Below, in pieces: positions 25,220-36,683 of a DNA stretch of 64,000 bases. Source of the DNA: Octopus bimaculoides (Eukaryota). The DNA is taken from positions 42,490,675 through 42,554,674 of the forward strand of contig NC_068997.1 of NCBI RefSeq assembly GCF_001194135.2, in the 5' to 3' direction. Numbering within the stretch: the stretch's first letter is position 1; each line of letters starts with the position of its first letter. The notes beneath the pieces are model-generated. The model had not been told where the DNA came from. It did no database searches and worked only from the letters and a program-made list of their open reading frames with translations. Made by a program: the position numbers and the translations under genes.

Positions 25220-28200
25220 TTTTAACGTTCACTTTTCCATGCTTGCATGAGTTGGATAGTTTATTGAGGAAGATTTTCTTTCTTGGTGCCAAGAAGGAAA
25301 TGCAGCCTTTTTCCACTTTGTCTCATCTGTTTTTCTGATAAAATCTATCTCAAACTGTTTTGTCCTGTGTGTTTTTCCTTTGTTAATATAATACAGTATG
25401 ATTTTAGTCTCCTCTGTTGCTGTTGTTTAACCCCTATCTCATCCCAAATTGAGCTAGGACTACTTATGACCATCCCATCTTTTATTCAGACATAGTGTAT
25501 TTGGTATTTTAAATTGTGAAATGTGTCTTCCCTTTTTCTAAGTAGTAGGATGTTATTTGAAGGAGATTTGGCTGCTATTTCTAGCAGATACAGAAACTAT
25601 GCATGAGCTTCCTGGTTGGCTCAGTAATTTTTAGAATTAGCAGTTTATATCCAAAGTAGCAGGATATGCCTAAATGGCCCAGTCCACCTGGCTGAAAACA
25701 GGTATAGCAGGGTAGAAGGAATATTCGAAGCAGTGTGAGCACTGTCTATTTGACACATAAAATGGTTCACTAGTTTGCTGTGCATGAGTTGAGTTCTCAA
25801 ATTAACTTCAACCCAGAGCTATCCCATCATCCCGAACACATTAACCATCAGCCTGTTACTGGAACGTAACCAGCGATGCTATATATTTCCAGTCACACTG
25901 CATACTATTTAATTACAACGAAATGTAATTTGTTAGCATTTTTACAGTATTTCATAATTAATCTTTAATATTTAGCACCCATTTTATATAAATATCCTTG
26001 AAACCATGTCAAAGATACAGAATAAAATATTTTCTCAAATTATGAAAATGTATTACTGGTGGTGCATATGGTGGTTGTGTGAAGTTTAAGATGAACCACT
26101 GGTAGTAGATGTGGTGCTCATGTGTTGATTTAGTTTCTGTTGAGTGCAAAATTTGTTTCTAGAATAGTATTGTTTAATAGACAGACTAAATTTTCTATTG
26201 TTAGTCATCCAGCACAGATATTCAGCTCCAGTTAGGTAGCTTTTTTAACTATGACAAATTCCGCCATGTATCATCATTTAACATCTGTTTTCCATGCTGG
26301 CATGGGTCGGACAGTTTGATTGAAAACTGGTAAGCTGTGGAGCTGCACCTGATTTGGTATGGTTTCTACACCTGGATGCCCTTCCTAATGCCAACCACTC
26401 CAAGGGGGTGCTTTTTATGTGTCACTGGCACAGGTGCCAGTTACAAAATACTGGCATTGGCCATGATTACAGTCTCACTTGGCTTCACAGGTCTTCTAAT
26501 TCCAGCATATGTTGACAGAAATATCGTAACAAAAGGGTTAAAACAGGTTTGTGTGAAAGAACTAGGGGCAGTTTCAGGCCGGTTGGCTTCAAAAGGGTTA
26601 AAACACAAACCTTTATGTGTAAAAATGTAGAGGCATTGTATTTTCTCAGATTTAAAAAGGAAACAAAAAAAACCTATTGTTGGGTGCGTAAGTTGCAAGG
26701 AATAGCTAAGAACTTTTTATGGATTTAAGTGGTCTTTCTGTTGTTTACTAAGTGTTCTGGTCTGTTAGATCTCAATAGAACAATGGTGGATTGCCCATAA
26801 TAATACTTTGACCTGAGGAGTCAGTCAATATAATACTACTGTTAATGATTATCATCATCAGCTTCATAATAACGTCATTTCCTTCCCATGACACAAACTC
26901 CAGCTACTACTATCCCACATTCTGACATTTTTGAATATGATCATTATAATTTGAAAGGATTAGCAGTGCACTTTGTTGTTCGTTAATGCAAAAGTATATT
27001 TCTCTGTAACCACAAAGGACTCTGCCCTTTTTTGTCTTCACTGCATAGGAACATACCTTGTTTTAAGCTCTGTTTGTCCCAGTTTCATAAATTTATTTAA
27101 TCTCAAACCTTCTTTTGATGATTTCTGTTGTGATTAACTTCTATATTTAGCTAATATATTCTCATAATAACAAAGTAAAAATTGTTATTGTTTAGTCCCA
27201 ATTCAACCCTGATTGAGCTGATCTCTGATGAAAGGCATTCCATCTATATTTTTTTCAGAGATCTCTGGGATTATGTTATTTAAAGCATCCTTGTCATTTT
27301 TTAATGGTAAGGTGTGATTTGAAGACGATTTGGCTACTATTTTTAGCAGGTTTTGTGACAACAAGTAGCAAAGAAAGCTAGGACCTGTATGATTGCAACA
27401 CACAGCTACAGATGGGTAAAGAAATTGAATAATCCTGTTTGATTAATCCTTCACACCAGAGAGAGAACACTGAAACTTATCTCCCCCCGATCTACTCATC
27501 ATATCTTCTCTGATGCTCACCTTGTACTTTGAGAGTTTGTTTTGCCTCCACCCTCCACCCTCCTCACTAATATCTTTATCTTCATTTTATTCCTAGTTAT
27601 TACTACTCACCCTTATATAAATGTTTGGTAGTTATGGATGTAAAACAAACACTGGGATATGAGTTAAAGGACACTTGGCTGCTATTTTTAGCAAGTCATG
27701 CAGTGTGTTGGTAAAAGTAAGAGAGAAGCAGCAGACTAAATGCTTTACAATATTTATTCTTACTCTGTTCTCAGATTTTTGTTTCATTCATGGGTTGGTT
27801 CAGTTATCGATGCTAGTATTCCTGTCTCCTCCTTTGTTTTGAGCATCGCCTTGTAATATCCCCACAGCTCAGTGACTGGTGTTGGTTTGTTTTTGTATCC
27901 ATAATTTAGCAGTTCAGCAAAAGAGACCAACAGAATAAGGACCAGAGTTCATAAAATAAATGAAAGAATGTAAAAGCCAAAATTCTGTCAATGGGTTTGA
28001 TATTATTCTTTTTATCATTCTTAAAATTGATAAAATAAGTACAATTATTATACTGGAGTTGGTTCATTCAATCAACTACTATACATCTCCTTTTCAATGA
28101 TTGAATCTGTAAGGAAGCATATGTTTTGTCTTGAAACTATGGTGGGGGGAGCTGATAGGGTTAGTTAGTGCTTGTTTTCAGATCCTGGTGTGTTGAGATT

Positions 28201-28384
28201 TTGTGCAACAAATCTTTTCCCATGTAAAATGCTAATCTATTTAATGGCAATATTTTCAGAAGAGCTGATTGGTATTTATTCATTCTTAATACATTCTGGT
28301 AGATTTGAATGTAAATATCTGATTGCTGTTGTTTTTCATCGTCAGAGAACATCTCCTCTTTTTAGATGACACATTCTGCTGGGT

Positions 28385-28760
28385 TGGCCATGTGATTTGG
28401 ATGCTGGGAAACCAGCCCCCAAAGGTGATCCTCTTCAGTGAAGTCTAAACTAGAAGTAGCCCTCATAGACGTCCAAAATTTCATTTTCACAATCATCTCA
28501 GGAAATCTCTCATTTTATCTGGTGTCCCTCTGAATCAGTTACAACCCTTGGCTGTTAATCAGAAGGCATGGAAATCTGCATGTGATGCTGGAGTAAGAGC
28601 ACTTTGACGCTGAACACCAGAGACTGCATGAAGAGAGTAGTAGTTGTTGTCATTAACCCCCTGCAGCTGTTGTTCAGGGTCACCTTCAGTGTCCTCAGTG
28701 CCACAGGATCTGGCTATCTTATATTGGTCTTGTCAGCCATGTCTGCTCTCATGAGAAACA
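28385..28760 (+). mobile_element. RTE/BovB-type ORF2 C-terminal fragment
   Basis: PKVILFSEV*TRSSPHRRPKFHF..LAVNQKAWKSAC resembles RTE LPKxxLYGEL..GRP..LAxDRxxWR. Confidence 0.55.
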
Positions 28761-30103
28761 GTGTGCTGAGGGCATCAACTTTGATGGGTTGTCATAAGCA
28801 AGTTAGCAGTCATAAACATACTTGACTCACCAGTGTAAGGGGACTTTGAGACACCAGTGTTTTGACCTTATTGTGTGTCTCCTCAGTCAAAGCTATCCCC
28901 CTGGACTGATGAATTGTAACAAAATACAGGCTCTTGTTTATAGAAACCAGCAAATAAATTATTCCCTGATGTCTGCCAAACTGATAATAATTCATTGGCT
29001 GCATGCAGAAACAGCAAGAATCCAAGCAATAACCTACCTAGTCACCCTCAATACTTTCTGGCAGATTCAAACTTGAATATCTGATCTCTGTTGTTTATTA
29101 TCATTGGAGAGCATCTCCTCCTTTTAGACAGCATGTGTTCATGAATGATTGTTATACTTATTCTTCACAGTTTTGTAAACTGAGGTGAGAAGTTAGGTAC
29201 TTTGCACAAACCATCTGCTGCAGATATCCAGGTTCATACAGTGATTGTCCAATACATTATTGATTTGGCATCATATCTTAAATCTATTTTATGCAGTTGT
29301 TAACTAAGTTTTTCTTATCTTGGAGATGTTTTTTGTTGTTGGTGTTGTTGTGGTGGTGGTGTGTGTAGTGTGTTTCTTGATGATGGGGAAAAATGTGTCA
29401 CTATAGATATCTACTGGTCCTCTTGGTAGTGCGCTTAATCCTGCTTGTTGCAATCCATCTGGACATTTGAGGGATAAATACGAAGATCTTAATGGAATGT
29501 TCAGCTAACATAGACTGGTATCCTATCTAGGTGGGGATTCATCTCCCATTTATGTAATGTTGCTGAAATTGGAGTTAAGTACCTCCTCCTCCTCCTCCTC
29601 CTCCCCCCTCCTCTTTTAATATCCGTTTTCCATGCTACTGGCATGGGTTGGACAAGTTGAGCAGAACGAGCAAGCTGGAGAGCTGCACCAGGTTCCAGTC
29701 AGATTTGGCTTGGTTTCCACAGCTGGGTGCCCGTCCTTAATACCAACCACTTTACAGTGTGTGCTAAGTGCCTTAAACATGGCACTGGCACGAGTGCTTT
29801 TATGTGGCGCTGGCACAGGGCTCTTGCTAGCATATCCTCTTCACCTGGGGGAACGGCTTTAAGACTATTGCTGTGGAGAATGGGTCTTCTTGAGTACAGC
29901 AAGGCACCAGGTATCTCAGTCCTTTGTCATCTCATCTGAAAGGTTCAGCATCCGAGGTTGTCCTTCAATACATTGTCATTTATGTTGTCAATTAGTTTGT
30001 TATCATTCGGGAAGCGGGGAAGGAAACTCTTCAGCATAACATGGAAACTCAGTTTTTAAATCCTTCATTTTTTTTTCTTCTTTTTCTTTCTCTTAGGCTA
30101 AAC

Positions 30104-30384
30104 ATGAAAGGTCTTGAAAGTCCTGTGAAGAAACGTGCTCGCTTGTCATTAAAAAGACGGGAGCCAGCGTCTGAGAAGATATCTCCACCATTACTGACGA
30201 ACTTGAGCGGTGGTAAATGCAAAGCTTCTGTTGATTCCACCAGTTGTCCTGCCACCTCAGCTGCACAGTCTGATGGCATCGACAATGTTGTTACTACAAG
30301 CACTGCCCATGCCGTGGCTTCAATGGTCACGTCACTGCCTCGAAACTCTTCAATGACCAATGCATCAGAAGCAGAGAATTCTTG
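30104..30384 (+). CDS. USP1: USP1-like deubiquitinase, coding exon 1 (MKGLESPVKKRARLSLKRR...)
   Basis: Pyrimidine tract plus ttag acceptor ends at 30096; aacATG at 30104; TG|gtaagt donor. SPVKKRARLSLK resembles the human USP1 N-terminal SPSKKNRLSLK motif. Confidence 0.88.
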
Positions 30385-31759
30385 GTAAGTTCTTTTAAAA
30401 AGAGAATTATTCATTTTGTGAAATTAGTATTTTTTAAAACCATGTTCTTTATGAAATTTTCAGCTTTTACCCATAATGTTTTCTTGTACATTTCAAATTT
30501 TGAGCAGTTGTTTAAATCATTAATGCTAGCCTCCTTGCTGAAGGGCTGCTATAGATATTTAATTCTATATGATTCAATTCACAGTCTACTAAGCTGTAGA
30601 CGGGTACCACTCAGATGTACAGCTCACCATTGTAAATGATTGTGGAGGCACATAGCTCAGTGGTTAGAGATCCCAAGATTGTGGTTTTGATTCCTGGATC
30701 AGGCAGTACATTGTGTTCTTGAGTAAAACACTTTATTTCACATTGCTTCAGTCCATTCAGCTGGCAAAAATAGGTAATCTTGCAATGGACTGTTGTCCCG
30801 TCCAGTAGGGAAATATGTGTTCTATGAAAACCGGGAAACCAGTCCTGTGAGTCTATATGGCTCAAGGAAAGACCTTTATCCTTATCCTTCATAGCATTAT
30901 TGATGTTTGTTCCATTAGCATACAGTACTGGGCTCAGGTTTCCTCAAAGACAAAGCCTGCAGTTGATACATATTTTTATCTCGCATGGAGAAAGATGTTC
31001 TGTGTGAAAGCTATGACAATCTACAGCAGATTTCACTGTACATAATTGCTCTCAAGAGGCAGATAATTTAGATAAGTGGCTGGTGAAAAAGCTTGCTCAC
31101 AATGGGTTCAATGAACAGTGAATACCCCTGACTTCATTTAATCTACATTAATACTACAGGCTTCACCATATCTCCACCACATCCCCAACAATATTCCAGA
31201 TTCAATCACAGTCCAGTCCCTATCCCATTGGTACCAAAGAGTCCATTACTGTATCATCAATATCTTGTTCCTCAGGTCCCACCACAACTCATCAATATAC
31301 CAGATCATACTATGTCTTAATCAGTACTCCAAACCACCCACACAACTCCATCAACACACTAAATTTCCTTATAGCTGTATCAATAGGTCATCAGCTCTTC
31401 AGAGTACATCACAACCCCATCAGTACCCCAGACGTTAATATAATCCCATCAATACATCAGACCCCATTTAATCCCATCAATACTAGTGTGGAAAAAAAAC
31501 ATTCAAAAAACAATAAAAGCAATTCAGTTGTTTTTTCAACTGTTCTATGAATATTAATCCTCTCCTCCTTCTCTCTAGCTAGATAAGTAGCTGATTAAAT
31601 ATTTTCATTTTTAATTATGAATCATTGAGGGGAATTTTAATCTAAATTTTAGGCATATTTTGTTACTAATTTTTTTTTGCATTTACACTCATGCTTTTTT
31701 TTTTACAAGCTAGCAGAATAGGAGAGTTTCTGAAAATTTGAACATTTGAACATGTAAGG

Positions 31760-31980
31760 CGGTGAGCTGGCAGAAACGTTAGTGCGCTGGGCAAAATGCT
31801 TAGCGGTATTTCGTCTGCCATTACGTTCTGAGTTCAAATTCCGCCGAGGTCGACTTTGCCTTTCATCCTTTCGGGGTCGATAAATTAAGTACCAGTTATG
31901 CACTGGTGTCGATGTAATCGACTTAATCCCTTTGTCCTTGTTTGTCCCTTCTATGTTTAGCCCCTCGTGGGCAATAAAGA
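31760..31980 (+). mobile_element. SINE family C (GAGCTGGCAGAAACG head; GTCGACTTTGCCTTTCATCC...GATAAATTAAGTACCAG core, Nin/Deu-domain-like)
   Basis: Representative copy; others at ~2425, 22455, 58610, 59230 (+) and ~11030, 11235, 58860, 62645, 62825, 63312, 63541 (-). Confidence 0.85.
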
Positions 31981-33228
31981 AATATGAAAATTTGAACATG
32001 TATTGCAGGTCTCCTTTGCACTGAGAGCATTTTATTTGGATGCTTGCACTAGAGGGTTTTGTCTTCTCCCTAGTAACACTGAAGAATTCTCTCTACCGTA
32101 AATTGTCCAATTGTGTCAGTTTATTTACCAGCACTAGAGAGGTTGTCTTGCTCTGGCAAGTGTTAAACGTTTTCCTCTGTTAGCTAAGTAATCTTGGTTT
32201 CTCTGCAGTCAGACCCTTAAACAGTTGAAACTGAGATGATTAAGTAGATAATACAGGGAGCTAGGTGCATAGGGGTTTATGTTTCAATAAGTGACTCTAT
32301 TACTTAGGTTTGGTATCTTGAGAAGGAAAGGTAAGTGGACCTTGTCAGTTCTGTTTTTATACCAAACTCCCAAAATGGTTTTTTTGGAGCCTAATTTTAC
32401 AGTATCTAAATTATCATCATCATTATCATTTAGCATCTGTTTTCCATGGTGGCATGGGTTAGATGGTTTGACTGGAACTGGTAAGTTGGAGAGCTGTGTC
32501 GAGCTCCAGTCTGTTTTGGCTTGGTGCCCTTCCTAATGCCAACCACTCCACAGAATGCCTCTAATGTGTCACCAGCACAGGTGCCTTTTATAGGTCACTG
32601 GCATAAACGTTCCATCATCATCATCATACGTCCATTGTCCATTGTCCATGCTGGCATGAGTTGGATGCTTTGACTAGAGCTTGCAAGCTCTGGACTCCAG
32701 TCTGATTTGGCATGGTTTTTACAGCTGGATGCCCTTCCTAACACCAACCACTTTCCAATGTTCTGGATGCTTTTATATGGCACTGTATGGGCACTTTTAT
32801 GTGGAACCGCATGGGCGCTTTACGTGGCACTGCCACGAGTGCTTTGCACCATCAGTGGGACTCTGTGGAGTACAGGTTTTCTTGAGTATGCAAGGTGCCA
32901 AGCATCTCTGTCCTTTGTTATCTCACCTGAAAGGTTCAGCATCCTGAGGTTGTTGTTCAGTACTTCATGCGATGTCTTCCTGGGTCTTCCACTTCCACAT
33001 ATTCCACCTACTTTGAGAGATGTATTTATTTCTTCATGAAGTAAATAGCTAGTGTCTAGACTTGCAGAATCTGTCTAATTAAGTTAACATAGACAAAAAA
33101 AGAAAGAAACAAATGCTTAGATAGGAATGAATATATGAAGAATACAAAACAAATGTTTGTTTGTTGTTGTTGTTGTTGTTGTTGTTGTTATATGGTAAAT
33201 GTGTAGAAATATGGTGTGTCTGTTGCAG

Positions 33229-33344
33229 GGAACCAAGTAGGAGTAAAGTGAATTCTACTGCAGATGTTGGTAATGATGTCATCAGCATCAACTCTGATGA
33301 TGTCTATGAGTCAATGCCCATAGTGGCAGCACTGGAGAATTTAG
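33229..33344 (+). CDS. USP1: USP1 coding exon 2 (EPSRSKV...MPIVAALENL)
   Basis: ttgcag acceptor and TTAG|gtgagt donor; phase 2 in, phase 1 out; encodes the first half of the Cys box. Confidence 0.92.
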
Positions 33345-34377
33345 GTGAGTGCCAGAGGTGCTGTTTTCTTTCTTTCAAACAATTACATGGATATATCACG
33401 TGATCACGTGATTGACCAGACCATTGGATGTTATACATTGCTGGTCACAATGCGCTTTGCATCATTTTAACTTTTTTGAATGGATGCTACCCTGCTGGTT
33501 AGGTGAGCAGCCCAGTGTTCCCCATGATCAGAAGGTTTCTCTGTTGCAGGGTTACTCATTTATAGTTGAGTGGACTGGAGCAACGTGAAATGAAGTGTTT
33601 TGCTCAAGAAGACAACACACAGCTAGTCTGGGAATCAAAACCACGATCTCATGATTGTGAGTGCAACATACCTAACTACTAGGCCACTTAACCTTCACAT
33701 ACACACTTTACTGTACTCTCATTATATACACACATGTACGTCCTGTATTGTAAACACACACACATACACATACACTTGTCACTCGTACATGGTTGCTCAC
33801 TCACTCACACTTGTAGCCATATTCTTAAACTCAAACAGTTTTACACAAATCCTGCCAAGATAAATTTTACCTTTCCTCCTTTCAGAGTTGATAAAATAAA
33901 GTACCAGTGTAGGACTTAAGACTGGCAGATTTACTGGACAGGATGCTTTGCTGTGATTGTTGACTCAGCATTCTGAGTTCAAATTCCACTGTGGCTTACT
34001 TGAGTGATAAACACATTCTGTCACTTGGTTTAACGCCAACACCAAGCCCTTGGATACCTCTAGAGGAGTCTCTTTCTTTGCCAGTATTTGAGCCAGGATT
34101 TTGGTCAAAGATATCTTCTTCCATCCTACTCACCAATCTTGGAAGCCCTCAAAAGGGTTGCAGTCCTACTTATTCCTACCTGAATAAGCAATAACTTCAC
34201 TTGCCCTGCACCCAAATACAAACACAGTCTTGCATGCTTATATCTATAATTGTCCACACACTCACTCGGTCACAACACACATTTATACATTGATACAGAT
34301 GCACACACACACATTGTGTCACTCTTTTGCATAAATTTTCTAATTCTGTTGGAACATACCCATTTTTTTGTTTATAG

Positions 34378-34499
34378 ATAATACTTGCTTCCTGAACAGC
34401 GTGCTGCAGATTTTGAGATATACACCTTGCTTTGTTGATGGACTCAATGAGTTGTGTTACAAAGTAGCAAAACACACCAGGTCTTTTGCTGATTCATCT
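34378..34499 (+). CDS. USP1: USP1 coding exon 3, Cys box (NTCFLNSVLQILRYTP; catalytic Cys codon 34386-34388)
   Basis: tttatag acceptor and TCT|gtaagt donor; USP Cys-box motif matching human NTCYLNSILQVLYFCP. Confidence 0.96.
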
Positions 34500-34574
34500 G
34501 TAAGTACTTGTATTCTTTATTTTACAAAGAGATTATTGATATTTAATTCTTTAAAAAATTTATTTTTTTTGTAT

Positions 34575-35100
34575 AGGCGCAAGAGTGGCTGTGTGGTAAG
34601 TAGCTTGCTTACCAACCACATGGTTCCCGGTTCAGTCCCACTGCGTGTCTTCTACTATAGCCTCGGGCCGACCAAAGCCTTCTGAGTGGATTTGGTAGAC
34701 GGAAACTGAAAGAAACCCGTCGTATATATGCATATATATANNNNNNNNNNNNNNNNNNNNNNNNNNNNNNNNNNNNNNNNNNNNNNNNNNNNNNNNNNNN
34801 NNNNNNNNNNNNNNNNNNNNNNNNNNNNNNNNNNNNNNNNNNNNNNNNNNNNNNNNNNNNNNNNNNNNNNNNNNNNNATATATATGTGTATTTGTGTGTC
34901 TGTGTTTGTTCCCCTAGCATTGCTTGACAACCGATGCTGGTGTGCTTATGTCCCCGTCACTTAGCGGTTCGGCAAAAGAGACCGATAGAATAAGTACTAG
35001 GCTTACAAAGAATAAGTCCCAGGGTCGATTTGCTTGACTAAAGTCGGTGCTCCAGCATGGCCACAGTCAAATGACTGAAACAAGTAAAAGAGTAAAAGAG
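34575..35100 (+). mobile_element. SINE family B (tRNA-like head, internal (TA)n, 3' GTAAAAGA tail)
   Basis: Same family recurs at ~16196, 17840, 37540, 44585, 60050 (+) and ~6790, 7890, 9640 (-). Confidence 0.85.
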
Positions 35101-35937
35101 TATATCTCTTAGACAGGAAAGAAAGGCAGTGCCTGTTACTTTTTTTTAGTGTTACTGAGACTTGTGGGAGGGAGGGTGAAAAGTATCTTTAAACTAGAGA
35201 TCTGGACCGGATACTTGCAATAAAACAAACTTATCAAAGGTACCCAAGACCCCTGTTGGTGTTGGTAGTGTTAAATCAGGCAATGGATTAAGTCTACCAT
35301 CCAGGTACGCTACAGTCATCATCATCATCATCATCAGTGAGCATCTGTTTTCCATGCTGGCATGGGTTGGATGGTTTGACGGGAGCTGGTAAGCTGGAGG
35401 GCTGCACCAGGCCCCAGTCATCTGTTTTGGCATGGTCTCTATGACTGGATGCCCTTTCTAATAACAAACACTTTACAGTGTGTACTGGGTACTCTTTATG
35501 TGGCACTGGAATGGGTACTTTTCACATGGTGCCAGCACAGGTGGTTTTAATATGGCACTGGCGTGGGTGCTTCTTATATGGTACCATACACACATAAATG
35601 ATGGGCTTCTTTCAGTTTTCCATTTACCAACTTCACTTACAAGACTTAGACCTGGTGCTGCATAGTGAGACTGAACCTGAGACCACATAGTTGGGAAGCA
35701 AGCTTCTTAACCATACAGCCTTGCCCATGTCTCTTTCTGTTTCCATATTCTTGTAATTATGTGTAATTCTTCATTATATTTGTTTTCATGTGTTTGGTTA
35801 TTTCTTGTAATTCTGTCATGTTATTTTATTCTAGAAATCTGGTTTGTTTGTGTTTTTCTTTTCTATAAAACTGTAATTCCATAATTCTACTCTTTGAGTT
35901 TTCATCTGATGTACTTATTTTTTTGTTGTTTTGAAAG

Positions 35938-35988
35938 GTTGAGAGTGAATCCTCACGTGTTTGGGAACTGGCTTTATCTATTTCTGAG
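35938..35988 (+). CDS. USP1: USP1 coding exon 4, 51-nt symmetric phase-0 exon (VESESSRVWELALSISE)
   Basis: ttttgaaag acceptor and GAG|gtatgt donor; keeps the frame; WELALSISE aligns with human YELICSLQS. Not in the ORF track. Confidence 0.75.
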
Positions 35989-36579
35989 GTATGTTACCCT
36001 TGTTGCTATTTTGGTTAATGTTAAAGAAGTGTGTGATATTGTGAGTGCGTGTGTGTTAATTGAGAATTTACTGTTACACTGTTGGCATGTCACGAAAAGG
36101 ATAATTATTATCCATCAGAGGTTGATAAAATAAAGTACCAGTCATGTACTGGGGTTGTACTCTGAATTTCAGGCCTTGTGCCTCTTTGTCAGAAACAACT
36201 ATTATATTATAATAGTTGTTTTATAATATTATAATCATGTTGGCATTATGCTGTGCTTGAGAAGAAAATCCATCAAGCCAAGTGAAATCACTGTTGTGGC
36301 AGATACCAGTGTCACGCAAATGGCACCTGTGATGGTGGCATGTAAAAGTACTCATTACAATCTCAGAGTGGTTGGCATTAGGAAGGGCATCCAGCCATAG
36401 AAACCATGCCAAAACACTGGAGTCTGGTGCAGCCTTCCAGCTTGCCAGCCCTGGTCAGACCGTCCAACCCATGCCAGCATGGACAATGGACGTTAAATGA
36501 TGTTGATGATGTTACATGTAGAGTTCAGTCAAATGTGTTGTGTAATATAGTTATTACTTCTGACTTTCCTTTCATTTAG

Positions 36580-36683
36580 GTTTTCAAACAGATGAGTGCA
36601 CTGGAACGAAAGATGCAAGGTTTGTCAAGTGTAACATCTGCAAACATAGCCCTTAAACCTGACAGGGTACAGAATGTTGTTCG
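36580..36683 (+). CDS. USP1: USP1 coding exon 5 (VFKQMSALERKMQG...LKPDRVQNVVR)
   Basis: ttcatttag acceptor and CG|gtaagt donor; 104 nt open; aligns with human ATQPRRLLNTLR; its phase 2 end matches the next exon. Confidence 0.88.

Noticed and set aside
28905-28950. CTGATGA...GAAAC spacing
   Set aside because: No stem II, no stem III and no NUH triplet.
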